NCBI GenBank assembly: GCA_963702435.1
Contig: CAVPCR010000004.1
Coordinates: 544,001 to 608,000 of the forward strand
Reading direction: 5' to 3'
From: Candidatus Eiseniibacteriota bacterium
Lineage (GTDB): Bacteria; Eisenbacteria; RBG-16-71-46; CAVPCR01
Length of the DNA stretch: 64,000 nucleotides
Shown: piece after piece, positions 1 through 8,795 of the stretch
How positions within the stretch are numbered: position 1 is the stretch's first letter
How the letters are laid out: each line of letters begins with the position of its first letter
Position numbers and translations under genes: made by a program
Notes under the pieces: model-generated
The model's input: the letters and a program-made list of their open reading frames with translations, nothing else
What the model was told of the DNA's origin: nothing
Database searches by the model: none

Positions 1-947
1 TCGCCCGCGGCGAGGCGACGGCCGATGACCTCCGCCGCACGCGCTCGACCCCGATCGTCCGCCGCATCGCGGCCGAGCACGGGATCGAGATCGGCCAGGT
101 CCAGGGCACCGGCATCGCGGGCCGCGTGACCAAACAGGACATCCTCGGCTTCATCGATCGCGGCGGCGCCCGCGCGGCGGCGCCCGCCGCGCCCGCGCCC
201 GGCATGGCCCCGCCGCCGGCCTTTCGCCCCGGCGAGCGCGTGCACGTCGAGGCGATGAGCGTCATGCGCCAGAAGATCGCCGAGCACATGATCATGAGCC
301 GGCGCACCTCGGCGCACGTGACCACGGTCTTCGAGATGGACATGACCGCGATCGAGGCGCTCCGCCAGGAGCACAAGGATCGCTTCCTCGCCGCGACGGG
401 GGTCAAGCTCTCGATCACCGCGTTCATCGCCAAGGCGGTGGTGGATGCGCTCCGGGCCTACCCGATCGCCAACGCGTCGGTGGACGGCAAGAACGTCGTC
501 TACAAGAAGGATGTGAATCTCGGCATCGCGGTCGCTCTCGACTGGGGGCTCATCGTTCCGGTGGTCAAGAACGCCGAGGAGAAGAGCCTGACCGGGCTCG
601 CCCGCGCCATCACCGATCTCGCCACGCGGGCGCGCGAGAAGAAGCTCTCGCCCGACGAGGTGCAGGGCGGCACGTTCACGATCACGAACCCGGGCGTCTT
701 CGGGAGCCTCTTCGGCACGCCGATCATCAACCAGCCGCAGGTCGCGATCCTCGGCGTGGGCGCGGTGGTCAAGCGGCCCATGGTGGTGAGCACGGCGGGC
801 GGCGGCGACGCGATCGGCATCCGCTCGATGTGCTACATGGGGCTCACGTTCGATCACCGGCTGCTCGACGGGATGATCGGCGATTTCTTCATGTCGCACG
901 TGAAGAGGAGCCTCGAGCAGCCGGTCGTGCCCGAGCTCGGCGGCTAG
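1..947 (+). CDS. 2-oxoacid dehydrogenase E2 (dihydrolipoamide acyltransferase, SucB/PdhC family), 5'-truncated by the window edge
   Basis: Frame is open from base 3. E3-binding motif TPIVRRIAAEHGI...GTGIAGRVTKQD; catalytic domain GGTFTITNPG, PIINQPQVAILG, LTFDHRLLDG. Confidence 0.93.
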   Translation, partial: ARGEATADDLRRTRSTPIVRRIAAEHGIEIGQVQGTGIAGRVTKQDILGFIDRGGARAAAPAAPAPGMAPPPAFRPGERVHVEAMSVMRQKIAEHMIMSRRTSAHVTTVFEMDMTAIEALRQEHKDRFLAATGVKLSITAFIAKAVVDALRAYPIANASVDGKNVVYKKDVNLGIAVALDWGLIVPVVKNAEEKSLTGLARAITDLATRAREKKLSPDEVQGGTFTITNPGVFGSLFGTPIINQPQVAILGVGAVVKRPMVVSTAGGGDAIGIRSMCYMGLTFDHRLLDGMIGDFFMSHVKRSLEQPVVPELGG

Positions 948-1001
948 GGCCGGCGCGGCGGGGACCCGGCGCCGGCGCCGGCCGCAAGGGAGTAGCGCCG
1001 C

Positions 1002-2003
1002 ATGAGCATGGCGACATCGCTCGCGATCATCACCGAGAGCGACCGCATGCGGCAGATCCTCGCCCGCGCGCGCACGATCGCCGCCTCCGACGGCTCGGTG
1101 CTCCTGATCGGCGAGACCGGGGTCGGCAAGGAGCTCTTCGCCGACTACATCCATCAGGCGAGCCCGCGCGCGGCGGGGCCGCTGGTCAAGGTGGCGCTCT
1201 CCGCCATGCCGCACGAGCTCCTCGAGAGCGAGCTCTTCGGCCACGAACGCGGCGCCTACACCCATGCCGTGAGCCAGAAGAAGGGGCTCTTCGAGCTTGC
1301 GCACAAGGGGTCGCTTTTTCTCGACGACATCGACGACGTGCCGCCCGCGATCCAGCCCAAGCTCCTCCGCGTGCTTGAATCGCGCGAGGTGATGCGGATC
1401 GGCGGCACCGCGCCGATCCCGATCGATGTCCGCCTGATCACCGCCTCCAAGATCGATCTCAAGGACCTGGTCGGGCGCGGGCTCTTCCGCACCGATCTCT
1501 TCTACCGGATCAACGTGGTGCCGGTCGAGATCCCGCCGCTCCGCGAGCGGCCGGAGGACATCCCGGTCCTCGTCGCGCACTTCCTCCGTCGCTTCGCCCA
1601 GGAGAAGGAGCTCGCAGTGGCTCCGGCGGCGCTCCGCGCCCTCGTCACCTATCCGTGGCCGGGGAACGTGCGGGAGCTCCGGAACGTCGTGCAGCGGATC
1701 GGTCTCTTCGCGGAGGGCGAGGTGCGCCTCGAGGACCTGCCGCCCGAGATCCACCACGGCGATCCCATGCACAACCTCGCGCAGGCCTGCGCGCGCTGCT
1801 TTGCCGACGAATCGATGTCGTTCAACGAGGTCGTGTCGTGCCTCGAGCAGAACCTCTTGCGCCAGGCGCTCAAGGAGGCGGCGGGAAACCGCACGCACGC
1901 CGCCAAGCTTCTCGGACTCAACCTGTCGACGCTCCGCGACAAGCTCAAGAAGTACGGTCTCGAGAGCGAGGGTGGGGCGGACGACCAGGGAGATGCGACA
2001 TGA
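1002..2003 (+). CDS. Sigma54-dependent enhancer-binding protein (AAA+ plus Fis-type HTH), no N-terminal sensor/receiver domain
   Basis: Walker A GETGVGKE, ESELFGHERGAYTHA, QPKLLRVL, FRTDLFYRI, WPGNVRELRN, C-terminal HTH GNRTHAAKLLGLNLSTLRDKLKKY. GGGAG RBS upstream. Confidence 0.92.
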   Translation: MSMATSLAIITESDRMRQILARARTIAASDGSVLLIGETGVGKELFADYIHQASPRAAGPLVKVALSAMPHELLESELFGHERGAYTHAVSQKKGLFELAHKGSLFLDDIDDVPPAIQPKLLRVLESREVMRIGGTAPIPIDVRLITASKIDLKDLVGRGLFRTDLFYRINVVPVEIPPLRERPEDIPVLVAHFLRRFAQEKELAVAPAALRALVTYPWPGNVRELRNVVQRIGLFAEGEVRLEDLPPEIHHGDPMHNLAQACARCFADESMSFNEVVSCLEQNLLRQALKEAAGNRTHAAKLLGLNLSTLRDKLKKYGLESEGGADDQGDAT

Positions 2004-2581
2004 TCCGCGCTCTCATTGTCCTTGTCGCCTGTCTGCTGCTGCCGCCGGTGGCCGCTCGTGCCGAAGCGACGGCGCCCGCCGCCGCCGACTCGCTTGCGCC
2101 CGCCGCGCCGCCGGCGCCGGTGAAGAAAGCCGGCCCGAAGAAGATCTACTACGGCGGGAGCATCGGGCTCATCTTCGGCGATTACACGAGCGTGAGCATC
2201 GAGCCGATGGTCGGCTACAACGTGACGCCCAGGTTCTCGGCCGGCGGGCGGGTGAGCTACGAGTACGTGCGCGACAATCGCTACACGGAGACTCACAGCT
2301 CGAACAACTACGGCTTCAGCACGTTCGGCCGCTACCGGTTCATCCCGGAGCTCTACGGCCACGCCGAGTTCGCGGCCACCAACTACGACCTTCATTACAC
2401 TGACGGGACGAGCGAGCGGGACTGGGTACCCTTCCTCTACCTGGGCGGCGGCTACACGCAGCGGATCGCGAAGAACGTCTCGGCCTACGCCGAGATCCTG
2501 GTCGACGTCTGGCAGGATGACCACTCGCCGTACCAGGACTGGGCCCCGCAGTACAGCTTCGGGATCGGCGTCGGGTTCTAG
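2000..2581 (+). CDS. Exported protein, probable outer-membrane beta-barrel
   Basis: ATG overlaps the upstream stop (ATGA). Signal peptide MIRALIVLVACLLL..ARA, alternating aromatic/Gly strands, C-terminal YSFGIGVGF. Confidence 0.75.
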   Translation: MIRALIVLVACLLLPPVAARAEATAPAAADSLAPAAPPAPVKKAGPKKIYYGGSIGLIFGDYTSVSIEPMVGYNVTPRFSAGGRVSYEYVRDNRYTETHSSNNYGFSTFGRYRFIPELYGHAEFAATNYDLHYTDGTSERDWVPFLYLGGGYTQRIAKNVSAYAEILVDVWQDDHSPYQDWAPQYSFGIGVGF

Positions 2582-2617
2582 CGCGCTCTCGCGACCTTCC
2601 TCTGCTCCGCCTCGTGA

Positions 2618-2649
2618 CGGGAATCCGCCGGCCGATCGGGGGATTCCCG
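2618..2649. promoter_or_regulatory. Inverted repeat, candidate upstream activator site for the sigma54 promoter
   Basis: CGGGAATCC-N14-GGATTCCCG perfect dyad about 70-100 bp upstream of the -24 element. Confidence 0.5.
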
Positions 2650-2714
2650 CAGTCCACCCGCCGCCCGCCGCCCGTAAGTCCCGCTCGTTGCATCGCCCGC
2701 CGGCCCCCGCGGCC

Positions 2715-2729
2715 GGGCACGCGATATGC
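2715..2729 (+). promoter_or_regulatory. Sigma54 (-24/-12) promoter of the hydrogenase operon
   Basis: GGGCACGCGATATGC = GG-N10-GC, matching TGGCACG-N4-TTGC, about 50 bp before the first ORF. Confidence 0.7.
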
Positions 2730-2777
2730 CTTCTCCCTTCGCGTCACGGATGCACGTGGGCCGCGGGAGGCAAGGGA

Positions 2778-2999
2778 ATGCACATCGAGCCGGGACCGCC
2801 GCAGGCGCTGTCGCTGCGCGGAGAAGTGGTCGAGATCCTCGATCGCGACGGGCAGCGGCGGGTCAAGGTGGCGGTTGCCGCCGGGACCATCCTCGACCTC
2901 GCGCTCGCGCCTCTTCCCGATGTCCACCTCGGCGACCGCGTGCTGATCGGCGTCTCCCTGCGCATCGAGCGCCTCGCTCCGGACCTCGAGACGAACTGA
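2778..2999 (+). CDS. Small (73 aa) HypC/HupF-like OB-fold protein lacking the N-terminal Cys
   Basis: GGAGG RBS then ATG. LRGEVVEI..RRVKV...DVHLGDRVLI resembles the HypC pattern. Ends 13 bp before the small subunit. Confidence 0.6.
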   Translation: MHIEPGPPQALSLRGEVVEILDRDGQRRVKVAVAAGTILDLALAPLPDVHLGDRVLIGVSLRIERLAPDLETN

Positions 3000-3012
3000 A
3001 GGAGGAGTGCAG

Positions 3013-4140
3013 ATGAAAGACCGGGCGCTGACCATCTGGGAGGCGGCGCGCGAGCGCGGCTATTCCCGGCGCGATTTCCTCGAGTTCTGCGGCTGGATCG
3101 CCGCAGCCGCCGGGGTCGAGGCCACGGGTCTCGCGCGCGTCGTGCACGCGCTCGAGACCAAGCCCCGCCTGCCGGTGGTCTGGTTCCACTTCCAGGAATG
3201 CACCTGCTGCAGCGAGTCGTTCATCCGCTCCTCCCATCCCATCGTCTCCGACATCGTGCTCGACAAGATCTCGCTCGATTACACCGAGACCCTGCAGGCG
3301 GCCGCCGGCAAGCAGGCCGAGGAAGCGCTGCACGCGACGATGACCAAGTACAAGGGCGAGTACCTGATGCTGGTCGAGGGCTCGGTGCCGACAGCGGCCG
3401 GCGGCGTCTACTGCACGATTGCCGGGCGCACCGCCCAGGACATCGTGATCGAGGCGGCGGCCGGCGCCAAGGCGGTCATCGCCTGGGGGAGCTGCGCCTC
3501 GAACGGCTGCATCCAGGCTGCGGCGCCGAACCCGACCGGCGCCACCCCGGTGAAGGACGTGATCTCGGGGGTCCCGGTCATCAACGTGCCGGGCTGCCCG
3601 CCGATCGCCGAGGTGATGGCGGGGACGGTGGTCCACCTCCTCGCCTTCGAGCGGATCCCGCAGCTCGATGGGCTCGGCCGGCCCAAGGCTTTCTACTCGC
3701 GCCGCGTGCACGACACCTGCTACCGGCGCCCCAACTATGATGCCGGGCTCTTCGTCGAGTCGTTCGACGATGAGAATGCGAAGCGCGGATTCTGCCTCTA
3801 CAAGATGGGCTGCCGCGGCCCGGTCACCTACAACGCCTGCGGCGTCACCCGCTGGAACAACGGGGTCAGCTTCCCCATCCAGTCGGGCCACGGCTGCATC
3901 GGGTGCAGCGAGGCCAAGTTCTGGGACAACGGCCCCTTCTACCGGCACCTGGCCGCCTTCCCCGGCTTCGGCATCGAGACCACGGCTGACACGGTGGGGG
4001 TCGCGGTCGGCGCGGCCACCCTCGCCGGCATCGCCGCCCACGCCGTGACCACCAACATCCGGAAGCGGAAGATCATCGCCGAGGGCATCCAGTCGAGCAC
4101 GAAGCCCGGCTCGCCCGGCTCCGATGAAGGAGGTGCATGA
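3013..4140 (+). CDS. hyaA: [NiFe]-hydrogenase small subunit, group 1d type, Tat-exported with C-terminal membrane anchor
   Basis: Tat motif SRRDFL; ECTCCSES, WGSCASNGC, GCPP, HDTCYRR, CLYKMGC, FPIQSGHGCIGC. Confidence 0.96.
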   Translation: MKDRALTIWEAARERGYSRRDFLEFCGWIAAAAGVEATGLARVVHALETKPRLPVVWFHFQECTCCSESFIRSSHPIVSDIVLDKISLDYTETLQAAAGKQAEEALHATMTKYKGEYLMLVEGSVPTAAGGVYCTIAGRTAQDIVIEAAAGAKAVIAWGSCASNGCIQAAAPNPTGATPVKDVISGVPVINVPGCPPIAEVMAGTVVHLLAFERIPQLDGLGRPKAFYSRRVHDTCYRRPNYDAGLFVESFDDENAKRGFCLYKMGCRGPVTYNACGVTRWNNGVSFPIQSGHGCIGCSEAKFWDNGPFYRHLAAFPGFGIETTADTVGVAVGAATLAGIAAHAVTTNIRKRKIIAEGIQSSTKPGSPGSDEGGA

Positions 4141-5855
4141 TGGCCCGCATCGTCGTCGATCCGGTGACGCGCATCGAAGGCCACCTGCGCGTCGAGATCG
4201 AGGTCCAGAACGGCCGGATCGTGGATGCCTACAGCTCGGGCACCATGGTGCGCGGCTTCGAGCTGATCTTGAAGGGACGCGACCCGCGGGACGCCTGGGC
4301 CTTCACCGAGCGCGCCTGCGGCGTGTGCACCACCGTGCACGCGCTCGCCTCGGTGCGCACGGTCGAGGACGCGCTCGGGATCGTGGTGCCCCCGAACGCC
4401 GAGCTGGTGCGGAACCTGATGTTCTGCGCCCAGTATCTACAAGATCACGTGGTCCACTTCTACCACCTGCACGCGCTCGACTGGGTGGACGTGGTGAGCG
4501 CCTTGAAGGCGGACCCGCAGAAGACCTCAGAGATCGCGCAGTCGATCTCGAACTGGCCAAAGAGCTCGCCGCGCTACTTCGCCGACGTGCAGGCGCGGCT
4601 CAAGAAGTTCGTCGAGAGCGGCCAGCTCGGGATCTTCGCCAACGCCTACTGGGGACACCCCGCCTACAAGCTCCCGGCCGAGGTCAACCTGCTCGGCACC
4701 GCGCACTACCTCGAGGCGCTCGAGTGGCAGAAGGAGATCGTCAAGGTCCACACCATCTTCGGCGGGAAGAACCCGCATCCGAACTACCTCGTGGGCGGGG
4801 CGCCGTGCTCGGTCAACATCGACGAGGCGAACGCGATCAACGCCGAGCGCCTGTCCATGGTCGGACAGCTGTTCGATGACGCCGCCGCGTTCGTGAACCA
4901 GGTCTACATCCCGGATCTCCTCGCCGTTGCTTCCTTCTACAAGGACTGGGCGGCGGTCGGCGGCGGGCTCTCGAACTACCTGGCCTACGGCGACCTGCCG
5001 ACGCACGGCTACCACGACGTGGGCAAGTTCAAGTTCCCGCGCGGCGCGATCCTCGACCGCAACCTCGCCGAGGTCCTGCCGGTGGACGGCAGGAACGCCG
5101 AGGAGGTGCAGGAGTCGATCGTCCACTCCTGGTACGAGTACGGAGACGGCGATGACAAGGCGAAGCACCCGTGGGAGGGCGAGACGCGCCTCAACTACAC
5201 GGGTCCCAAGCCGCCGTACGAGCAGCTCGAGGTCGAGAAGAAGTACAGCTGGCTCAAGACGCCGCGCTGGAAGGGGCATCCGATGGAGGTCGGCCCGCTG
5301 GCGCGGCTCCTCGTCGGCTACGCCGCCGGAAGCCAGGAGATCCAGGAGGTGGTCAACTCGGCCCTCAAGACCCTCGACGTGCCGGTCGCGGCGCTCTTCT
5401 CGACGCTCGGCCGCACGGCGGCCCGCGGCCTCGAGACCATCCTCATCGCGCGCTGGGCGAAGGAGTTCTACGGCGAGCTCCTCGCGAACATCAAGAACGG
5501 CGACACCCGGATGGCCAACCTCGAGAAGTGGGATCCGAAGTCCTGGCCGGCGGAGGCCAGGGGGGTCGGGATGACCGAGGCGCCGCGCGGGGCGCTCGCC
5601 CACTGGATCGTGATCAAGGACCAGAAGATCGACAACTACCAGCTCGTGGTGCCGAGCACGTGGAACGCCTCGCCGCGCGACCAGGCCGGGCAGCGCTCGG
5701 CCTACGAGGCGTCGCTGGTCGGCACTCCGGTGGCGAACGCCGAGCAGCCGGTCGAGGTGCTGCGCACGATCCACTCGTTCGATCCGTGCATCGCCTGCGC
5801 CGTGCATCTCCACGACGAGCACGGCGTGCACGTCCACCGGCTGAACGCGTTCTAG
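4140..5855 (+). CDS. hyaB: [NiFe]-hydrogenase large subunit (group 1)
   Basis: DPVTRIEGHL, L1 ERACGVCTTVH, GGKNPHPN, EAPRGALAHW, L2 SFDPCIACAVH followed by a cleavable C-terminal tail. Confidence 0.97.
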   Translation: MARIVVDPVTRIEGHLRVEIEVQNGRIVDAYSSGTMVRGFELILKGRDPRDAWAFTERACGVCTTVHALASVRTVEDALGIVVPPNAELVRNLMFCAQYLQDHVVHFYHLHALDWVDVVSALKADPQKTSEIAQSISNWPKSSPRYFADVQARLKKFVESGQLGIFANAYWGHPAYKLPAEVNLLGTAHYLEALEWQKEIVKVHTIFGGKNPHPNYLVGGAPCSVNIDEANAINAERLSMVGQLFDDAAAFVNQVYIPDLLAVASFYKDWAAVGGGLSNYLAYGDLPTHGYHDVGKFKFPRGAILDRNLAEVLPVDGRNAEEVQESIVHSWYEYGDGDDKAKHPWEGETRLNYTGPKPPYEQLEVEKKYSWLKTPRWKGHPMEVGPLARLLVGYAAGSQEIQEVVNSALKTLDVPVAALFSTLGRTAARGLETILIARWAKEFYGELLANIKNGDTRMANLEKWDPKSWPAEARGVGMTEAPRGALAHWIVIKDQKIDNYQLVVPSTWNASPRDQAGQRSAYEASLVGTPVANAEQPVEVLRTIHSFDPCIACAVHLHDEHGVHVHRLNAF

Positions 5856-5867
5856 GAGGTGACGGCA

Positions 5868-6548
5868 ATGAACGGGGCGATGACGATCCAGCGCGTCTAC
5901 GTCTGGCAGCTGCCGGTCCGCTTCTACCACTGGGTGAACGCGGCCTGCGTGGCGGGGCTCGCGGCCACGGGCTACATCATCGGGAAACCGCTGATCATGC
6001 AGATCGGCGGGGAGGCGTCGGCGAGCTACTGGTTCGGGACCGTGCGGTTCATCCACTTCCTCGCGGCCTTCGTCTTCTTCTTCAACTTCCTCATCCGCAT
6101 CTACTGGGGCTTCGTCGGGAACGAGTTCGCCCGCTGGCACCAGTTCATCCCGCACCGGAAGGAGCAGTTCGCCGAGATCGGCGAAGTGCTGAAGGTGGAT
6201 ATCCTGCAATCCAAGGTGGCGCCGATCGAATCGATCGGCCACAACGCGCTGGCCGGGTTCACCTACTTCCTGACCTTCCTCGCCTTCGTCTTCCAGTCGA
6301 TCACCGGTTTCGGGATGTATGCCGCGATGAGCGACGCCTGGCTCCCGAACCGCTTCGCCTGGATCGTGCCGCTCCTGGGCGGGGATTTCGCCGTGCGCCA
6401 GTGGCACCATTTGATGATGTGGTTCTTCATCGTCTTCTCGATGGTGCATGTCTACCTGGTCTTCTACCACGACTACGTGGAGGGCCGCGGGGTCATCTCC
6501 TCGATGGCAGGGGGCTGGAAGTTCATCGAGCGGCGGGTGCGGAGGTAG
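5868..6548 (+). CDS. hyaC: Ni/Fe-hydrogenase b-type cytochrome subunit
   Basis: YVWQLPVRFYHW, RFIHF, GHNALA, RQWHH, HVYL. Four TM helices; GGAGG RBS. Confidence 0.95.
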   Translation: MNGAMTIQRVYVWQLPVRFYHWVNAACVAGLAATGYIIGKPLIMQIGGEASASYWFGTVRFIHFLAAFVFFFNFLIRIYWGFVGNEFARWHQFIPHRKEQFAEIGEVLKVDILQSKVAPIESIGHNALAGFTYFLTFLAFVFQSITGFGMYAAMSDAWLPNRFAWIVPLLGGDFAVRQWHHLMMWFFIVFSMVHVYLVFYHDYVEGRGVISSMAGGWKFIERRVRR

Positions 6549-6571
6549 GGCCGGCCCTCTGGCGGGAAGCG

Positions 6572-6605
6572 CGAGGCCCCGGCGGGGCGATCCGCCGGGG
6601 CCTCG
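6572..6605. terminator. GC-rich hairpin between convergent genes (probable terminator)
   Basis: CGAGGCCCCGGCGG-N6-CCGCCGGGGCCTCG perfect 14-bp stem. Confidence 0.55.
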
Positions 6606-6619
6606 ATTTGAGTCCTCGC

Positions 6620-7120
6620 TTACCTGGCGTCCATGTTCCACATGTCGTGGACGGCCTTCCACGTCCCGTCCTTCTCGAGCTTCCAGGTGCACAGGTACTT
6701 GCCGATCTCCTTGACCGTCTTGCCGTCGGGGCCTTTGTACGACGCTTCATAGGTGCCGGCCGTGAAGCCGAGCTCGCCGCTAGCGGACACCTCGGCGTGG
6801 AGCGTCTTCCACGAGATCGAGAAGGAGGGCTCCGCAAAGTACGCGGCCCACACCTTCTGCGCGGCGACGCGGCCGACCGCGACGGGCTCGTTCGGCGGAT
6901 AGGCGATCGCATTCTCGGCATAGAACGACGCCACGCGCTCGGCGTCGCGCGTCGCGGCCGCGGCCGACCAGTCGTCGTCGAGCTTGATCAACATCTTGGC
7001 CTTCGCGTCCTTGCTCTCATCGGCCCCGGCGAACGCCGGCGTGAGGATCGCCGACACGGTGGCGGCGGCGAGTGCGACGAAAAGGACCGGGACACGAATA
7101 CGCTTCGGAAGACCGTTCAT
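6620..7120 (-). CDS. Secreted SnoaL/DUF4440 (NTF2-like) protein
   Basis: Signal peptide ending AFA; DDDWSAAAATRDAERVASFYAENA, SGELGFTAGTYE, GKYLCTWK..DGTWKAVHDMWN. Confidence 0.85.
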   Translation of the reverse strand: MNGLPKRIRVPVLFVALAAATVSAILTPAFAGADESKDAKAKMLIKLDDDWSAAAATRDAERVASFYAENAIAYPPNEPVAVGRVAAQKVWAAYFAEPSFSISWKTLHAEVSASGELGFTAGTYEASYKGPDGKTVKEIGKYLCTWKLEKDGTWKAVHDMWNMDAR

Positions 7121-7289
7121 GTTCGGGAAGCTCCTGGATGGGGGTAGGGGGCGGATGTGGCTTCGAGGACGGCACTCTAGCACCGCCCGGGAGAGGAGCA
7201 CAACGCAGGGCACGATGCCGCCCGTGCCGCCCCATGCTAGAGTCGAGAGGCACGAGGGGGTCGCGGGCGGTCGTGTGAGGTCCCGGACG

Positions 7290-7787
7290 ATGAGCGGGCA
7301 GCGCATCCTGGTTCTCGGCATCGGCAATCTCCTGATGGGCGACGAGGGCGTCGGCGTCCACGCCGCGCGCCGCCTTGCCGCGGAGCCCCTGCCGCCCACT
7401 GTCGCGGTGGTGGACGGCGGAACGGGCGGGTTCCATCTCCTCTCGTACTTCCAGGACTACGATGTCCTGATCATGATCGATGCGGTGATGGACGCCCGGC
7501 CGCCGGGAACCCTGGGCGTGATCCGGCCGCGCTACGCGAGCGACTTCCCGCGCGCGCTCACCGCGCACGACATCGGGCTCCGCGACCTGGTCGAGTCGGC
7601 GGTGCTCGTCGGACCGCTGCCGCCCATCCATCTGGTGACCGTCTCGATCGGCGAGCTCTCGGGGCTCTCGCTCGAGCTCTCGCCGGCGGTCGCGGCGGCG
7701 CTGCCAGAGGTGAGCGCGGTGGTGCGCGAGCTCGTGGCGGCAGTGGGCGCCGGCGGAGTTGCGAAGGTGGCAGACGGCCATGCATGA
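7290..7787 (+). CDS. hyaD: Hydrogenase maturation protease
   Basis: ILVLGIGNLLMGDEGVGVH, VDGGTGG, IDAV, TAHDIGL. Confidence 0.92.
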   Translation: MSGQRILVLGIGNLLMGDEGVGVHAARRLAAEPLPPTVAVVDGGTGGFHLLSYFQDYDVLIMIDAVMDARPPGTLGVIRPRYASDFPRALTAHDIGLRDLVESAVLVGPLPPIHLVTVSIGELSGLSLELSPAVAAALPEVSAVVRELVAAVGAGGVAKVADGHA

Positions 7788-8133
7788 GCTCTCGATCGCC
7801 CAGTCGATCCTCGACATCGTCGCGGATGCGGTGCCCGATCCCGGGAACCGGGCCCTGCTGCGCGTAGTGAAGGTCAAGGTGGGCAGGCTCTCGGGTGTGA
7901 TGCCCGAGGCGCTCGAGTTCTGCTTCGAGGCGCTGGTCACGGACACGCCGCTCGCCGCGGCGAGGCTCGCGATCGACGTGATCCCGATCCGCCTCGAGTG
8001 CGCGGATTGCAGCGCGGTCTCCACCGTCGAGGAGCTTGCCGGGGCGTGCCCGGCCTGCGGCGGGCGAGCGCGCGTCACGGCGGGCACCGAGCTCCAGGTG
8101 ACCGAGCTCGAATTGGCGGAGGCTTTGACATGA
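7780..8133 (+). CDS. hypA: Nickel metallochaperone HypA
   Basis: MHELSIA start, GRLSGVMPEALEFCF, CxxC...CPxC. Confidence 0.95.
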   Translation: MHELSIAQSILDIVADAVPDPGNRALLRVVKVKVGRLSGVMPEALEFCFEALVTDTPLAAARLAIDVIPIRLECADCSAVSTVEELAGACPACGGRARVTAGTELQVTELELAEALT

Positions 8134-8795
8134 GCGTGATCACCATCGAACGCAAGGTGCTCGAGAAGAACGACGCGATCGCCCAGTCGAACCGGGCGCT
8201 CCTCGCGCAGCACGGCATCTTCGCCGTGAACCTGGTCAGCTCGCCGGGGGCGGGGAAGACGAGTCTCATCGAGAGCATGCTCCAGCATCTCGCCGGCCGG
8301 CTCCGCGTCGCCGTCGTCGAGGGTGACGTGCAGACCGACCTCGATGCGCAACGCGTCGCGCGCTACCATGTGCCGGTCGTGCAGATCGTGACCAACGGCG
8401 CCTGCCATCTCGAGGCGCAGCTCGTCCGCGACGCGCTCTCGAACCTGGCGCTCGACCAGGTCGACTGCCTGATCGTCGAGAACGTGGGCAACCTTGTCTG
8501 TCCGGCCGGCTTCGACCTGGGCGAGGCGATGAAGGTGGCCATCCTGAGCGTGACCGAGGGCGACGACAAGCCGCTCAAGTATCCGGCCATGTTCCGGCAG
8601 GCCGCGGTGCTCGTCGTCAGCAAGATCGATCTCCTACCGTACGTGCCGTGCGACATGGCCCGGCTCAAGGCGAACGCGCTCCAGGTGAATCCCGAGCTCC
8701 GCATCTTCGAGACGTCGTGCACGACGGGGGCGGGCATTCCCGAATGGTCGAGCTGGCTCGCCAGCGCGAGCGCGCGCCTGCCCAGGGGCGCATGA
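8130..8795 (+). CDS. hypB: Nickel incorporation GTPase HypB
   Basis: SSPGAGKTSL, GACHLEA, ENVGNLVCPA, EGDDKPLKYP. Confidence 0.96.
   Translation: MSVITIERKVLEKNDAIAQSNRALLAQHGIFAVNLVSSPGAGKTSLIESMLQHLAGRLRVAVVEGDVQTDLDAQRVARYHVPVVQIVTNGACHLEAQLVRDALSNLALDQVDCLIVENVGNLVCPAGFDLGEAMKVAILSVTEGDDKPLKYPAMFRQAAVLVVSKIDLLPYVPCDMARLKANALQVNPELRIFETSCTTGAGIPEWSSWLASASARLPRGA

Noticed and set aside
4527..6692. 721-aa minus-strand ORF
   Set aside because: Antisense shadow of hyaB/hyaC caused by high-GC codon bias; no motifs.
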